Positions 39,172 through 48,743 of a stretch of DNA of 64,000 nt are shown here, piece after piece (position 1 is the stretch's first letter; each line of letters starts with the position of its first letter). Under the pieces are notes generated by a model that worked only from the letters and a program-made list of their open reading frames with translations, made no database searches and was not told the origin of the DNA. Both the position numbers and the translations under genes were made by a program. Origin of the DNA: Candidatus Zixiibacteriota bacterium (GTDB lineage Bacteria; Electryoneota; B3-LCP); assembly GCA_003599535.1 (NCBI GenBank), contig QZKQ01000071.1, positions 4,454 to 68,453 on the forward strand, written 5' to 3'.

Positions 39172-39385
39172 GGGAGGTTCCTTTTCCATTCCGGGAGAGG
39201 ACGGCGAAGAAACGGACCGGAAGGCGACCGGTCGCGCATGATGTTACCTGAATGATGCTCCGGGGTCGGCGTTATTTTAAATATACGACGCCGCCCTGGC
39301 GGAGGCAATGATTTTTTCCCCGGGGTTGGTATCGCGGCTGGCCGGCGGCCCCCTCCTTTTCTCCCGTAATTCCCGCAATCCGCGC

Positions 39386-39414
39386 TTGACATCGGGAATA
39401 ATTTGCCGTACTTT
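39386..39414 (+). promoter_or_regulatory. Sigma70-type promoter
   Basis: TTGACA-N17-TACTTT. Confidence 0.7.
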
Positions 39415-39420
39415 CTGGGT

Positions 39421-39512
39421 GGCCGGGGGCATCTCCATCACGGATTCGACGGATTCGATGGATGAAGCGGAGGGCCGCTTCGTGGCGGGAGGGAATCTCC
39501 CGACTCCCGGCT
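39421..39512 (+). ncRNA. Candidate structured RNA (four-way junction) in the ppx leader
   Basis: Closing stem GGCCGGGGG/CTCCCGGCT plus three internal hairpins; starts at the predicted TSS. Confidence 0.4.
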
Positions 39513-39559
39513 CCTGTTCTTCTGCCTGCTGGCTACTCTCCAACCCGTCTGCACCACCC

Positions 39560-40513
39560 ATGCCTGACCCGACGCCTGAAACCCGCCGCCTGGCCGCCCT
39601 GGACGTGGGCACCAATTCCACCCTGTTCCTGCTGGCTGAGGTGGACGACGCCGGCCGCGTGCGCCCCCTGCGCCACGAAGCGGTCACCAATGACCTGGGC
39701 CGGGGCCTGTCCGCTTCGGGGGAACTATCCCCCGAGGTCATCGAGTTGAATTTGCGCCAGTTGGAAGATTTGACGCAAATCGCCGTACAGGACGGCGCCA
39801 TAGAAATCCGCGCGGCGGCCACCGAGGCGCTGCGCCGCGCCGCCAATGCCACGGATCTGATCGCCCGGGCCCGCGCCGAGCTGGGGCTGGAAATCCGCCT
39901 CATCAGCGGCCAGGAAGAGGCGGCCCTGACCTATTTGGGGGTGGCTTCCGGCCTGCCGGACCCCGCCGCCCCGGTTCTGGTGGCCGACGTGGGCGGAGGG
40001 TCCAGCGAAGTCCTCCTGGGACAGGCCGGGAACGTCCGCTTTTCCGTATCACTTAAGGTGGGCGCGGTCTCCCTGGACCGGAGCTTCATCCGCCACGATC
40101 CGCCGCTGGCGCCGGAGCTGGACGCCATCCGCCGGCGGCTGGGTGAGATTACCCCGGCCCTGGCGGATCTGCGCCGCCAGACCGGTGTTCCCCTGGTGTT
40201 CTGCGGCGGCACGGCTTCCGCCCTGGCCCACGCCGACCTGGGCCTGGCGGACTACCAGCCCGAAGCGATCTCCGGCCACCGCCTGACCCGGCAGCGTCTG
40301 GACGAATTCATCGCCCAATTCGCCGCCATGCCCCTGGAACAGCGCCGCATTATCCCCGGAATCGGCCGGCGGCGGGCGGAAATCATCCTGCCCGGAACCC
40401 TGATCCTGGCGCACCTGCTGGAGGTCCTGGAGCGAGCCGAGGCTGCCGTGTCGGAACGGGGCTTGCGGTACGGTTTGCTGCTGGCCCCGGAAAACTGGGG
40501 GGAAGTCCATTAA
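39560..40513 (+). CDS. ppx: Ppx/GppA exopolyphosphatase
   Basis: ALDVGTNS, ATEALRRA, ISGQEEA, DVGGGSSE, GLRYG. Confidence 0.92.
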   Translation: MPDPTPETRRLAALDVGTNSTLFLLAEVDDAGRVRPLRHEAVTNDLGRGLSASGELSPEVIELNLRQLEDLTQIAVQDGAIEIRAAATEALRRAANATDLIARARAELGLEIRLISGQEEAALTYLGVASGLPDPAAPVLVADVGGGSSEVLLGQAGNVRFSVSLKVGAVSLDRSFIRHDPPLAPELDAIRRRLGEITPALADLRRQTGVPLVFCGGTASALAHADLGLADYQPEAISGHRLTRQRLDEFIAQFAAMPLEQRRIIPGIGRRRAEIILPGTLILAHLLEVLERAEAAVSERGLRYGLLLAPENWGEVH

Positions 40514-40528
40514 AATCCGGGAATTCAC

Positions 40529-40557
40529 TTGACATTCTGACCTTGACGTATTAACTT
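40529..40557 (+). promoter_or_regulatory. Sigma70-type promoter of the hrcA operon
   Basis: TTGACA-N17-TAACTT. Confidence 0.65.
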
Positions 40558-40665
40558 TGTAACGGTAGAACCCGGTGTCATGAGAAGCGAAGCAAAGCCC
40601 GGCGCTCGGCGCCCGGCCGCCTTCGGCAGCCGGCAGCAGCAAGGGTGAAGGGCAGGTTTGCCAAG

Positions 40666-41694
40666 ATGAAACGAGAACTGAGCGATCGCGAAAAACTCAT
40701 CCTGCGGGAAGTCGTCGCCCAATACGTGTTAACTGCGGACCCCATCAGCTCCCGCACCCTGTCCAAGCGGTTGAAGGGACGCTTTTCTCCGGCCACCATC
40801 CGCAATGCGATGGCCGACCTGGAAGAACTGGGCCTGCTGGATCATCCCCACACCTCGGCGGGCCGCGTCCCCACGGAACTGGGCTACCGCCTGTTCGTGG
40901 ACGACCTGATGGCGCACGCCCGCCTGAGTCCGCGGGAGAAGGAGCTGCTGGATCGGGAAATCACCCGCCTCGGTTCGACCGACGTGGTGAACGTCCTGGA
41001 ACAGACCGCGCACCTGCTGGCGGAAATCACCAACCTGCTGTGCGTGGTCATGTCGCCCCGCTTCCAGGAAGGCATTCTCCACCGCATTGACCTGATCGGC
41101 ATCGGCGGGGAAAAAATCCTGGCGGTGATCACCATCCAGTCCGGCATGGTGCGCTCCCTGCTGCTGGAAGTCACCGCCGGCATCACCCGCGACGAGATTG
41201 AATGGGTCGCGGCCTTCCTGAACCAGCGGCTGTCCGGCCTGTCCCTGTCGGAAATCCGCCACAGCATCGGCCAGCGCCTGAAGGACGGCCCCATGGACAA
41301 CTTCTCCGTCCTGCGCACCATGGTGGACCGCGCCGACCAGGTCTTCTCCTTCGACGACCGCAACGCTTACCTGGTCGAAGGGGTCAGCCACCTGGCGCTC
41401 CAGCCCGAATTCTATGACGTGGACCAGTTGCGCCGGGTGCTGGAACTGCTGGAAGACCGCAAGTTGTTCGTGCACCTCTTCGCCCGCCGGGAAGGGGGCG
41501 TGGAGGTCCGGATCGGCCGGGAGAACGCCCTGGTGCCGCTGTCTTCGCTGTCCGTGGTTTCGGCCACCTACAAGTACGGCAACCTGGGCGGCGCCATCGG
41601 GTTGATCGGCCCCACCCGCATGAACTATCCCAAGGCTGTATCCATCGTCGAATATACCGCCCGGAAAATTGATTCCATCACGGGCGAACAGTAA
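40666..41694 (+). CDS. hrcA: Heat-inducible transcription repressor
   Basis: SPATIRNAMADLEELG, PHTSAGRVPT, IGPTRMNY. Confidence 0.96.
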   Translation: MKRELSDREKLILREVVAQYVLTADPISSRTLSKRLKGRFSPATIRNAMADLEELGLLDHPHTSAGRVPTELGYRLFVDDLMAHARLSPREKELLDREITRLGSTDVVNVLEQTAHLLAEITNLLCVVMSPRFQEGILHRIDLIGIGGEKILAVITIQSGMVRSLLLEVTAGITRDEIEWVAAFLNQRLSGLSLSEIRHSIGQRLKDGPMDNFSVLRTMVDRADQVFSFDDRNAYLVEGVSHLALQPEFYDVDQLRRVLELLEDRKLFVHLFARREGGVEVRIGRENALVPLSSLSVVSATYKYGNLGGAIGLIGPTRMNYPKAVSIVEYTARKIDSITGEQ

Positions 41695-41724
41695 CCCTTC
41701 TATTTTGTACATGGGCAAGACACC

Positions 41725-42306
41725 ATGAAGCATGACAAAGACCGCCCCATGGATTTGGATAACCCGGAAAACCCGGCGGCCGGCGAGGTCAACGACGGCG
41801 GCGCGGGGGACGAAAACGAGAACCTGCCGGAACCGTCGGGTGCCATTGATCTGGATGAGGAGATCCAGCGGCTGCGCCTGGAACTGGACGAGTACAAGAA
41901 CCTTTACCTGCGCAAGGCGGCCGAATTCGAGAATTTCCGCAAGCGCAAGCAGCAGGAATTTTCCGCCCTGGTGGCCACCGCCGAGGAGAGCCTGGTCTCC
42001 GACCTGCTGCCCGTCCTGGACGACCTGCAGCGCCTGCTGGCCACGGCCCAGGATGAGTCCTGGAGCCGGGAGAGTTTCCTGCGCGGCGCGCAGATGATCC
42101 ACGACAAGATGATGGACATCCTGGCCGCCCGGGGCCTGAAGCCCCTGGAAGCGGCCGGCATGCCCTTCGACCCCAACCTCCACGAAGCTCTGATGCAACA
42201 GCACGAAAGCGGAGCCGAGCCGGGCACGGTACTGCAGGAATTCCTGCGCGGCTACCGCCTGGGAGATAAAATCATTCGCCACGCCCAAGTCGTGGTGTCT
42301 GCCTGA
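41725..42306 (+). CDS. grpE: Nucleotide exchange factor GrpE
   Basis: [33 protein letters not shown]. Confidence 0.96.
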   Translation: MKHDKDRPMDLDNPENPAAGEVNDGGAGDENENLPEPSGAIDLDEEIQRLRLELDEYKNLYLRKAAEFENFRKRKQQEFSALVATAEESLVSDLLPVLDDLQRLLATAQDESWSRESFLRGAQMIHDKMMDILAARGLKPLEAAGMPFDPNLHEALMQQHESGAEPGTVLQEFLRGYRLGDKIIRHAQVVVSA

Positions 42307-42317
42307 AACCATACGGC

Positions 42318-43466
42318 ATGTCCAAATCTGATTACTACGCCGTCCTGGAGGTGGATCACAACGCCACCCCCGAGGACATCAAGAAAGCCTATCGCCGCCT
42401 GGCCATCCGCTACCACCCGGACAAGAACAAGGGGGATAAGCAGGCGGAGGAAAAATTCAAGGAGGTCGGGGAAGCCTACACGGTGCTCTCCGACCCCCAG
42501 AAACGCTCCAACTACGACCGCTTCGGCCACGCCGCGCCGGGCGTGGGCGATTTCGGCGGGTTCGACTTCGACCTGTCCGACGCCCTGCGCATCTTCATGG
42601 AAGGCGGCTTCTCCGGCTTCGGCGGATTCGGGGACATCTTCGGCGGCGGGACCCGGGTCTCCACCCGCGAGCGCATCCGCCGGGGCAGCGACCTGCAGAT
42701 CCCGCTGAAGCTGGACCTGGAGGACATCGCCGCCGGGGGCACCAAGAAGATCAAGATTTCCCGGCTGAAGACCTGCGAGCAGTGCAGCGGATCCGGCGCC
42801 GCCCCGGGGTCGCGCCCCAACGTCTGCGGCACTTGCGGCGGGCGCGGCGAAGTGCGCCAGGTGACCCGTTCCTTCCTGGGTCAGTTCGTGCAAACCGCCC
42901 CCTGCCCGGCCTGCGCCGGGACCGGCGAGGTGATTTCCAGCAAATGCCCCAAGTGTGGCGGCGAAGGCCGCTACAAGGGGGACGTGACCCTGTCGGTCAG
43001 CATTCCCGCGGGGGTGACCACCGGGAATTACCTGACTCTGCGCGGCCAGGGCAACGCCGGGCTGCGCGGCGGGCCCCCGGGCGACGCCTACGTGGTGGTC
43101 GAAGAGAAGCAGCACGAACTGTTCGAACGGCACGGCGACGACGTCATTTATCGCATGCTGGTCTCCTTCCCCCAGGCCGCCCTGGGCGACGACATTGACG
43201 TCCCCACCCTGGACGGCCGCGCCCGGGTCACCATCCCGGCGGGGATCCAGTCCGGCAAGGTGCTGCGGCTGAAGGGCAAGGGCATCAAGCACCTGAACAG
43301 CGCCGGCATCGGCGACCAGTTGGTGATGGTCAACCTCTATACCCCGGGCAAGCTGAGCGCCCGCGAGCGCCAGTTGCTGGAAGAGCTGGCCCAAAGCGAG
43401 AACCTGAAACCGCGCGAAGAGGAGCGCAAGTCCTTCTTCCGCAAAGTCAAGGACGCCTTTCGCTGA
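42318..43466 (+). CDS. dnaJ: Chaperone DnaJ
   Basis: J domain HPD, G/F region, four CxxCxGxG motifs. Confidence 0.97.
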   Translation: MSKSDYYAVLEVDHNATPEDIKKAYRRLAIRYHPDKNKGDKQAEEKFKEVGEAYTVLSDPQKRSNYDRFGHAAPGVGDFGGFDFDLSDALRIFMEGGFSGFGGFGDIFGGGTRVSTRERIRRGSDLQIPLKLDLEDIAAGGTKKIKISRLKTCEQCSGSGAAPGSRPNVCGTCGGRGEVRQVTRSFLGQFVQTAPCPACAGTGEVISSKCPKCGGEGRYKGDVTLSVSIPAGVTTGNYLTLRGQGNAGLRGGPPGDAYVVVEEKQHELFERHGDDVIYRMLVSFPQAALGDDIDVPTLDGRARVTIPAGIQSGKVLRLKGKGIKHLNSAGIGDQLVMVNLYTPGKLSARERQLLEELAQSENLKPREEERKSFFRKVKDAFR

Positions 43467-43888
43467 TGTCCCTCCGGCCTGGATCCTGGGGGTTCACACC
43501 GGGGGAACGCCGCGCCCTGCTGACGCTCTGCGCGGCCGCGGTTCTGGGCTTGGGCTACCGCGCCTGGCAGGCGCAGGAACTGCCGCCGTCGCCGCCCTTG
43601 AGCGCCGCTGATTCCAGCGCCCTGGCCGCCATCCGGCTGGCCGCGCTGCCGGATTCGGCGCCGCCCGCGGCGAATCTCCCCGCGACGGGCAAACTGGACC
43701 TGAACACCGCCACCGCCCGGCAGCTCGAAGCGCTGCCCGGCATCGGCCCGGTGCTGGCCGCCCGCATCATCGCGGAGCGGGAGCGGAGGCAGGGGTTCCG
43801 CCAGGCCGCCGAACTGCTGGAGGTTCCCGGCATCGGTCCGGGGCGCTGGAAAGCCCTGGAGCCCCTGGTGACCTGTACCCCGCCGTAG
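43466..43888 (+). CDS. comEA: ComEA-family helix-hairpin-helix DNA-binding protein
   Basis: N-terminal TM helix; LNTAT..LEALPGIGP..A, LLEVPGIG. Confidence 0.85.
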   Translation: MSLRPGSWGFTPGERRALLTLCAAAVLGLGYRAWQAQELPPSPPLSAADSSALAAIRLAALPDSAPPAANLPATGKLDLNTATARQLEALPGIGPVLAARIIAERERRQGFRQAAELLEVPGIGPGRWKALEPLVTCTPP

Positions 43889-43928
43889 CCGCCGATTATC
43901 AACGGATATATCCGGTATAACCTGCATC

Positions 43929-45386
43929 GTGAGGCTGACCGTGTCCCTCGTACTCCGATGGCAACCCCGGGAAATCACCCTTTCCCGCCGCACCGAGACC
44001 GACCTCGCCGAGACGCTCCTGGAACGGGCTCCGCTGGATGCTCCCATTTCCCCCCGCAAACTGGTCCGTGAAGGGGAACGCCGCGAGCTGGCGGAAGCGC
44101 TCTCCGGCCTGCGCGCCCAGGCGCCCGAAGAGGACGCCGCCGTGGAATTGGCCGTGCCCCGGGACTGGGGCGTGAAGCTCATCATCTCCCATCCCGGCCT
44201 GGAAGGGTCCGACCTGGACCGGCACCTGGAGTGGGAGCTGTCCAAGGCGCTGCTGGACCCGGTGGACCGCTACCGCTACGCCCACCGGACCGACAAGGGC
44301 ATCATCATCCATTTGGTGGCGTTGCGCAATGCCGTGATCGAGGCCGCCGCGCAGGCCGCCCGGGAGGCTGGATTCCGCCCGGTGGGCCTGTTCCTGGAAG
44401 ACTGCCTCTACGAGGAACTCGATCTGCTGCCCCCGTCGCTGCGCCAGCCCGCGCCCCCGGCCGCCGCGGAGGCGCCTCCGCCCGTTGCCCCCGCACCCCC
44501 ACCGGAACCGGCTGCGCTCGAACCGGCAGAACCGGAGCCGGAAGCGGAACCCTTCATGACCGAGCCGCCTCCGGAGGAGGAACCCGCCGAATCCTCCGCC
44601 GACTGGGAAGAGGCCACGGCGAGCGTCGAGGAATTGCTGCCGCCGGAACACCGGGGATCGTCCCGAACCTTCGCCCTGGTGGCCGTCGCGGCCGTGATCC
44701 TGCTGGGCCTCTTCGTGGTTCTGCGGCTGACCGGCCGACAGACTACTCCGCCCCCCGCCGTTTCCCCGCCAGAGGCGTCGCTGAGCCCGGCTGAAACCCC
44801 GGCGGTTCCGGAAGAGTCCCTCCCGGCCGACAGCCTGAACCCGGCGGGTGACGAAACCGCCCCGGCGCCGTCCACGGAATTGGCCTCCACCGAACCGCTC
44901 CGCGCCGCGCGGCCGGACGCTTCCAGCCCGGCGGCCCTGCCCCAGCGGCTGGCGGTGGCCCACGAATGCCTGAATTCCGCCGGCCCGGCCACCTTCGACC
45001 TGCTCTCCTTCACCGTGGACCGCTTCCTCTTCCAGGTGTCGGCTCCCGACAGCGCTACGCTGTACGGCCTCCTGGCCCAAATCGAGGCGCAGCCCGGAGT
45101 GCGCGAAGCGCGGCTGAAGCGTTCGAACTTCGCCGGAACCCGTGCCGGCGGCACCATTACCGGGAAGTTGTCGGCGGTGTCCGCCGCCTCCGCGCCGCCT
45201 GACAGCGAGGCAGTGGCCCTGCTGGCAGAAAAGCACGATCTGCAGCGCCGCGCCATGGTGTTCACCGGGGCGCCGCAGGCCACCCTGGATTTCCTCCAGG
45301 ACATGGCCGAGCGGGACTACGCCATCTACCGGGTGATCATGACCCCCTGGGAAGGCGGCAAGTACCGCACCATGCTGGACTTTTAA
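43929..45386 (+). CDS. Hypothetical bitopic membrane protein (possibly PilM/PilN-like domains)
   Basis: Long ORF with acidic Pro-rich linker and central TM helix; family call tentative. Confidence 0.55.
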   Translation: MRLTVSLVLRWQPREITLSRRTETDLAETLLERAPLDAPISPRKLVREGERRELAEALSGLRAQAPEEDAAVELAVPRDWGVKLIISHPGLEGSDLDRHLEWELSKALLDPVDRYRYAHRTDKGIIIHLVALRNAVIEAAAQAAREAGFRPVGLFLEDCLYEELDLLPPSLRQPAPPAAAEAPPPVAPAPPPEPAALEPAEPEPEAEPFMTEPPPEEEPAESSADWEEATASVEELLPPEHRGSSRTFALVAVAAVILLGLFVVLRLTGRQTTPPPAVSPPEASLSPAETPAVPEESLPADSLNPAGDETAPAPSTELASTEPLRAARPDASSPAALPQRLAVAHECLNSAGPATFDLLSFTVDRFLFQVSAPDSATLYGLLAQIEAQPGVREARLKRSNFAGTRAGGTITGKLSAVSAASAPPDSEAVALLAEKHDLQRRAMVFTGAPQATLDFLQDMAERDYAIYRVIMTPWEGGKYRTMLDF

Positions 45387-45484
45387 GGCTTACCCCGCAC
45401 CGCGGGTCGGGCCTCGGGGACCGCGCCACGGTTCCCCTTTTTTGCTTGTATGGATTCGTCATTTCCGCGTCAGCCCATTCTAAA

Positions 45485-46045
45485 ATGCGCATCATTTCCG
45501 GAACTTGGCGCGGACACGGCCTGAGGGTGCCGCCGGGTGCACGCGCCACCACCGACCGGGTCCGCGAAGCCATCTTTTCGATCCTCGAGGAAGCGGAGGG
45601 CCGGTCGGTGCTGGACCTCTACGCCGGGTCGGGATCGCTGGGCCTGGAGGCCCTCTCCCGCGGCGCCCGGAGCGCCTGCTTCGTGGACCTTTCCCGCCAC
45701 GCCCTGGCCGCCATCCGCGATAACCTGCGGGGCAAGGAGGCCGGTGCGGTGGGCCTGGTGAAGGCCGACGCCCTGGATTTCCTGCGCCGGGAGAAGCGCT
45801 CCTACGACTGGATCTTCTGCGACCCGCCCTACAACCGGGTGGACTACCCCGCCCTGCTGGAAGCCCTGAAACGCTCGGAAACGCTGGGCCCGCTGTCGCT
45901 GCTGATCCTGGAATCGGATCGCTATCACCCCTTCGAGATCCCCTCCGGCCTGGTCCTGGAGAGCCGCCGCCAATTCGGAGATACCATCATTCATTTCCTG
46001 CACCGGGCGGAAACTGCGCCGCCGGAGGAGCCCCAGGTTGCGTAG
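45485..46045 (+). CDS. rsmD: 16S rRNA m2G966 methyltransferase
   Basis: MRIISG, TTDRVREAIF, LDLYAGSGSLGLEALSRGA, DPPY. Confidence 0.93.
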   Translation: MRIISGTWRGHGLRVPPGARATTDRVREAIFSILEEAEGRSVLDLYAGSGSLGLEALSRGARSACFVDLSRHALAAIRDNLRGKEAGAVGLVKADALDFLRREKRSYDWIFCDPPYNRVDYPALLEALKRSETLGPLSLLILESDRYHPFEIPSGLVLESRRQFGDTIIHFLHRAETAPPEEPQVA

Positions 46046-46901
46046 CCCCGCCCACGTCCGCGGCCCCCGGCCCTTGAAGGAGCTGGGGCAGCACTTCCTG
46101 GTGGACGAGGAAGTCGCCGCCCGCATCGTCGCCGCCCTGGAACTGCGCTGGGAGGAGCGGGCCATGGAGATCGGCCCCGGCCGCGGGGTGCTGCTGCGCT
46201 TCCTGCTGAAGGCCGGCAGCCGCATCACCGCGGTGGAGGTGGACCCGCGCATGTTGCGCACCCTGGAGCGGGTCTTCGGCGGCCACCCCGGGCTGAACCT
46301 GGTGCACCAGGATTTCATGCAGTTCGACCTGGCCGGCTGGCTGGAGAGCGACCCCGCTCCCGCGCGCATCGTGGGCAATCTGCCCTACTACCTCTCGAGC
46401 CCCATCATCTTCCGGCTGTTTGAAGCGGCCGGAGAGCTGGCCCGGAACGACCGCTTTCCCCTGACTACGGCGGTGCTGATGCTGCAGAAGGAGGTGGCCC
46501 AGCGGCTGGCGGCCTCGCCCGGCGGGCGCGACTACGGCGCCATGACCGTATTCCGGGCCCTGGTGGCCGAGGCGGAACTGCTCTTCACCGTGCCGCCGGA
46601 CGCCTTCCTGCCGCCCCCCAAGGTGACCTCTGCGGTGGCGCGGCTGCGTTTCCATTCCCGCCGCCGCTACGACATTCCCGACCCGGCCCTGTTCGGCCAG
46701 CTGGTGCACCACGTGTTCGCCCAGCGCCGCAAGATGCTGAAGAACACCCTGGGGACCTTCCCCTGGGCGCGCCCCGGCTGGGAACGGACCCCGGACTTTG
46801 ACTTCACCCGCCGCCCCGAAGAGCTGGGAGTGGAAGAGTTTATCAAGCTGTATCAGTTGGTGGTGGAGAAGAACGCTTCGCCGACTCCCTCCCAGGAATG
46901 A
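46038..46901 (+). CDS. rsmA: 16S rRNA dimethyladenosine transferase
   Basis: LGQHFL, EIGPGRG, GNLPYY, MLQKEVAQR, FxPPPKV. Confidence 0.95.
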   Translation: MRSPAHVRGPRPLKELGQHFLVDEEVAARIVAALELRWEERAMEIGPGRGVLLRFLLKAGSRITAVEVDPRMLRTLERVFGGHPGLNLVHQDFMQFDLAGWLESDPAPARIVGNLPYYLSSPIIFRLFEAAGELARNDRFPLTTAVLMLQKEVAQRLAASPGGRDYGAMTVFRALVAEAELLFTVPPDAFLPPPKVTSAVARLRFHSRRRYDIPDPALFGQLVHHVFAQRRKMLKNTLGTFPWARPGWERTPDFDFTRRPEELGVEEFIKLYQLVVEKNASPTPSQE

Positions 46902-46972
46902 ATTCCTGGGCTGCTATCATGCTACCCGCTGATGATTATAAAGTAATTGATACCCCCTAACATGCCCAGGCT

Positions 46973-47193
46973 GTGGTGGCATGCTTCTGGTTCCCGGATG
47001 GTGGGGAGAAGGGTTGTTTTCCTCGCTTCTGAATGACCTGACCACGACCTCCGGCCAACGCCTCTGCCATCCGGGAAACGAAGCATGGGGGGCCAGGGTC
47101 CAGGGGGTACATGCTTCGTCTCCCGACCGGTTCAGGGGGGAGATCACGCGAGATAATCCGGTGTCCGGTCAGGAGCCAGAAGCATGCCACCAC
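46973..47193. mobile_element. Non-autonomous REPIN/MITE-like element (two inverted long-loop hairpins)
   Basis: Ends GTGGTGGCATGCTTCTGG / CCAGAAGCATGCCACCAC and inner motifs match the RAYT flanks. Confidence 0.85.
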
Positions 47194-47343
47194 CCGGACA
47201 CCAAATCAGCGCATTAATTTCTCAATGACCATAAGTGGGTGCTCGGGTAGGGTGGAGGCAGGGACAACAGGCAAACCCATGCAAATTGCCCGAAATAAGT
47301 TTCCAACTTTTCAACTTTCCAACCTTCCGACTTTTATTCTGCT

Positions 47344-48702
47344 TTGACCGACGAAACCCTAAATACCCTCCGCCAGCACATCGAGAACCTGGTGGAGTCC
47401 GGCGAGGTCGAAGAGCTGCAGCAGGTGCTGGCCGGGCTGCATCCCTCTGACATCGCCGATCTCTTCCCCCGGCTGGGGCGGCTGGAGCAGAACTTCATCT
47501 GGGATCTCCTGCCCGAGGAGGTCACCCCCGACGTCCTGGTCGAGCTGGACGAAGCCTTCCAGGAGAAGGTGCTGGACACCCTGACCGAGGGCGAGATCGG
47601 GCGGCTGATTGACGACATGGAGTCGGACGACGCCGCCGACGTGGTGGGCGCCCTGGACGAGGAGAAGGCCCAGAAGGTCCTGAACACCCTGGACCTGGAA
47701 GCGCGCCGCGAGATGCGCGCCCTCCTGGCGTACGAAGAGGACACCGCCGGCGGCATCATGGCCCTGGAGGTGGCCGCCGTCCGCGAGACCGACAACGTGG
47801 ATCAGGCCATCCACCGGCTGCGGGAATTCCACGAGACGGAGGGGGTGGAAGATATCTACACCGTGTACGTGGTGGACAACGACGGGGTGTTGAAGGGGGC
47901 CGTATCCCTGCGCCAGCTCATCCTGGCCAAGCCGGAGGTCCCGGTACGCGACCTGATGGAGCCCAACGTCATCTCCGTGGATACCTCCACCGACCAGGAG
48001 GAGGTCGCCACCCTGGTGCGCAAGTATGACCTGCTCTCCATCCCGGTGGTGGACGACCACCACCGACTCATGGGCCGTATCACCGTGGACGACGTGGTGG
48101 ACGTAATGGCCGAGGAGGCCGAAGAGGACCTGTCCATCATCGCCGGCACCGGCGAGGAGAACCCGGGGGAAACCTCGGCCCTAAGGACCTCCCGCGAACG
48201 CCTTCCCTGGCTCCTGACCGGACTGCTGGGCGGCCTGGTATCGGCGGTGGTGTTGCAGCATTTCCAGGAATCCCTGCTGCAGGTCATCGCCCTGGCCTTC
48301 TTTGTGCCGGTCATCACCGCCATGGGCGGCAACACCGGGATCCAGTCCTCCTCCATTGTGGTGCGCGGGCTGGCCACGGGGGAAATCGGTCTGGGCGACC
48401 TCCTGCCCCGCATCTGGAAAGAGTTGCGCGTGGCCCTGCTGAACGGCCTGGCCCTGGGCCTGGTGCTGGCTACCATCGTGGCCCTCTGGCTGCAGCAGCC
48501 CCACCTGGGCATCCTGATCGGCCTAATCCTGTTGCTGAACATCCTGATCGCCACGGTGCTGGGCGCCACCGTGCCCATCATCCTGAAGCGGCTGGATTTC
48601 GACCCGGCGCTGTCCATGGGCCCCTTTGTGACCACCGCCAACGACATCATCGGGCTGCTGATCTACCTGGGATTGACGGCCACGTTTTTATCGCTGCAGT
48701 AG
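47344..48702 (+). CDS. mgtE: Magnesium transporter
   Basis: HPSDIA, MESDDAAD, CBS pair, RLPWL, GGNTGIQS, GPFVTT.ND. Confidence 0.95.
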   Translation: MTDETLNTLRQHIENLVESGEVEELQQVLAGLHPSDIADLFPRLGRLEQNFIWDLLPEEVTPDVLVELDEAFQEKVLDTLTEGEIGRLIDDMESDDAADVVGALDEEKAQKVLNTLDLEARREMRALLAYEEDTAGGIMALEVAAVRETDNVDQAIHRLREFHETEGVEDIYTVYVVDNDGVLKGAVSLRQLILAKPEVPVRDLMEPNVISVDTSTDQEEVATLVRKYDLLSIPVVDDHHRLMGRITVDDVVDVMAEEAEEDLSIIAGTGEENPGETSALRTSRERLPWLLTGLLGGLVSAVVLQHFQESLLQVIALAFFVPVITAMGGNTGIQSSSIVVRGLATGEIGLGDLLPRIWKELRVALLNGLALGLVLATIVALWLQQPHLGILIGLILLLNILIATVLGATVPIILKRLDFDPALSMGPFVTTANDIIGLLIYLGLTATFLSLQ

Positions 48703-48743
48703 GAATCAATATGTTTCAATAAGAAATTCGCGGGCCCAAGGGG

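Noticed and set aside
39425-39460. tmRNA 5' end (GGATTCGACGG) or tRNA-Sec
   Set aside because: No matching tmRNA 3' T-arm/CCA downstream; no TCA anticodon arm or proper T-stem on either strand
40558-40665. CIRCE operator upstream of hrcA
   Set aside because: No 9-9-9 inverted repeat resembling the consensus
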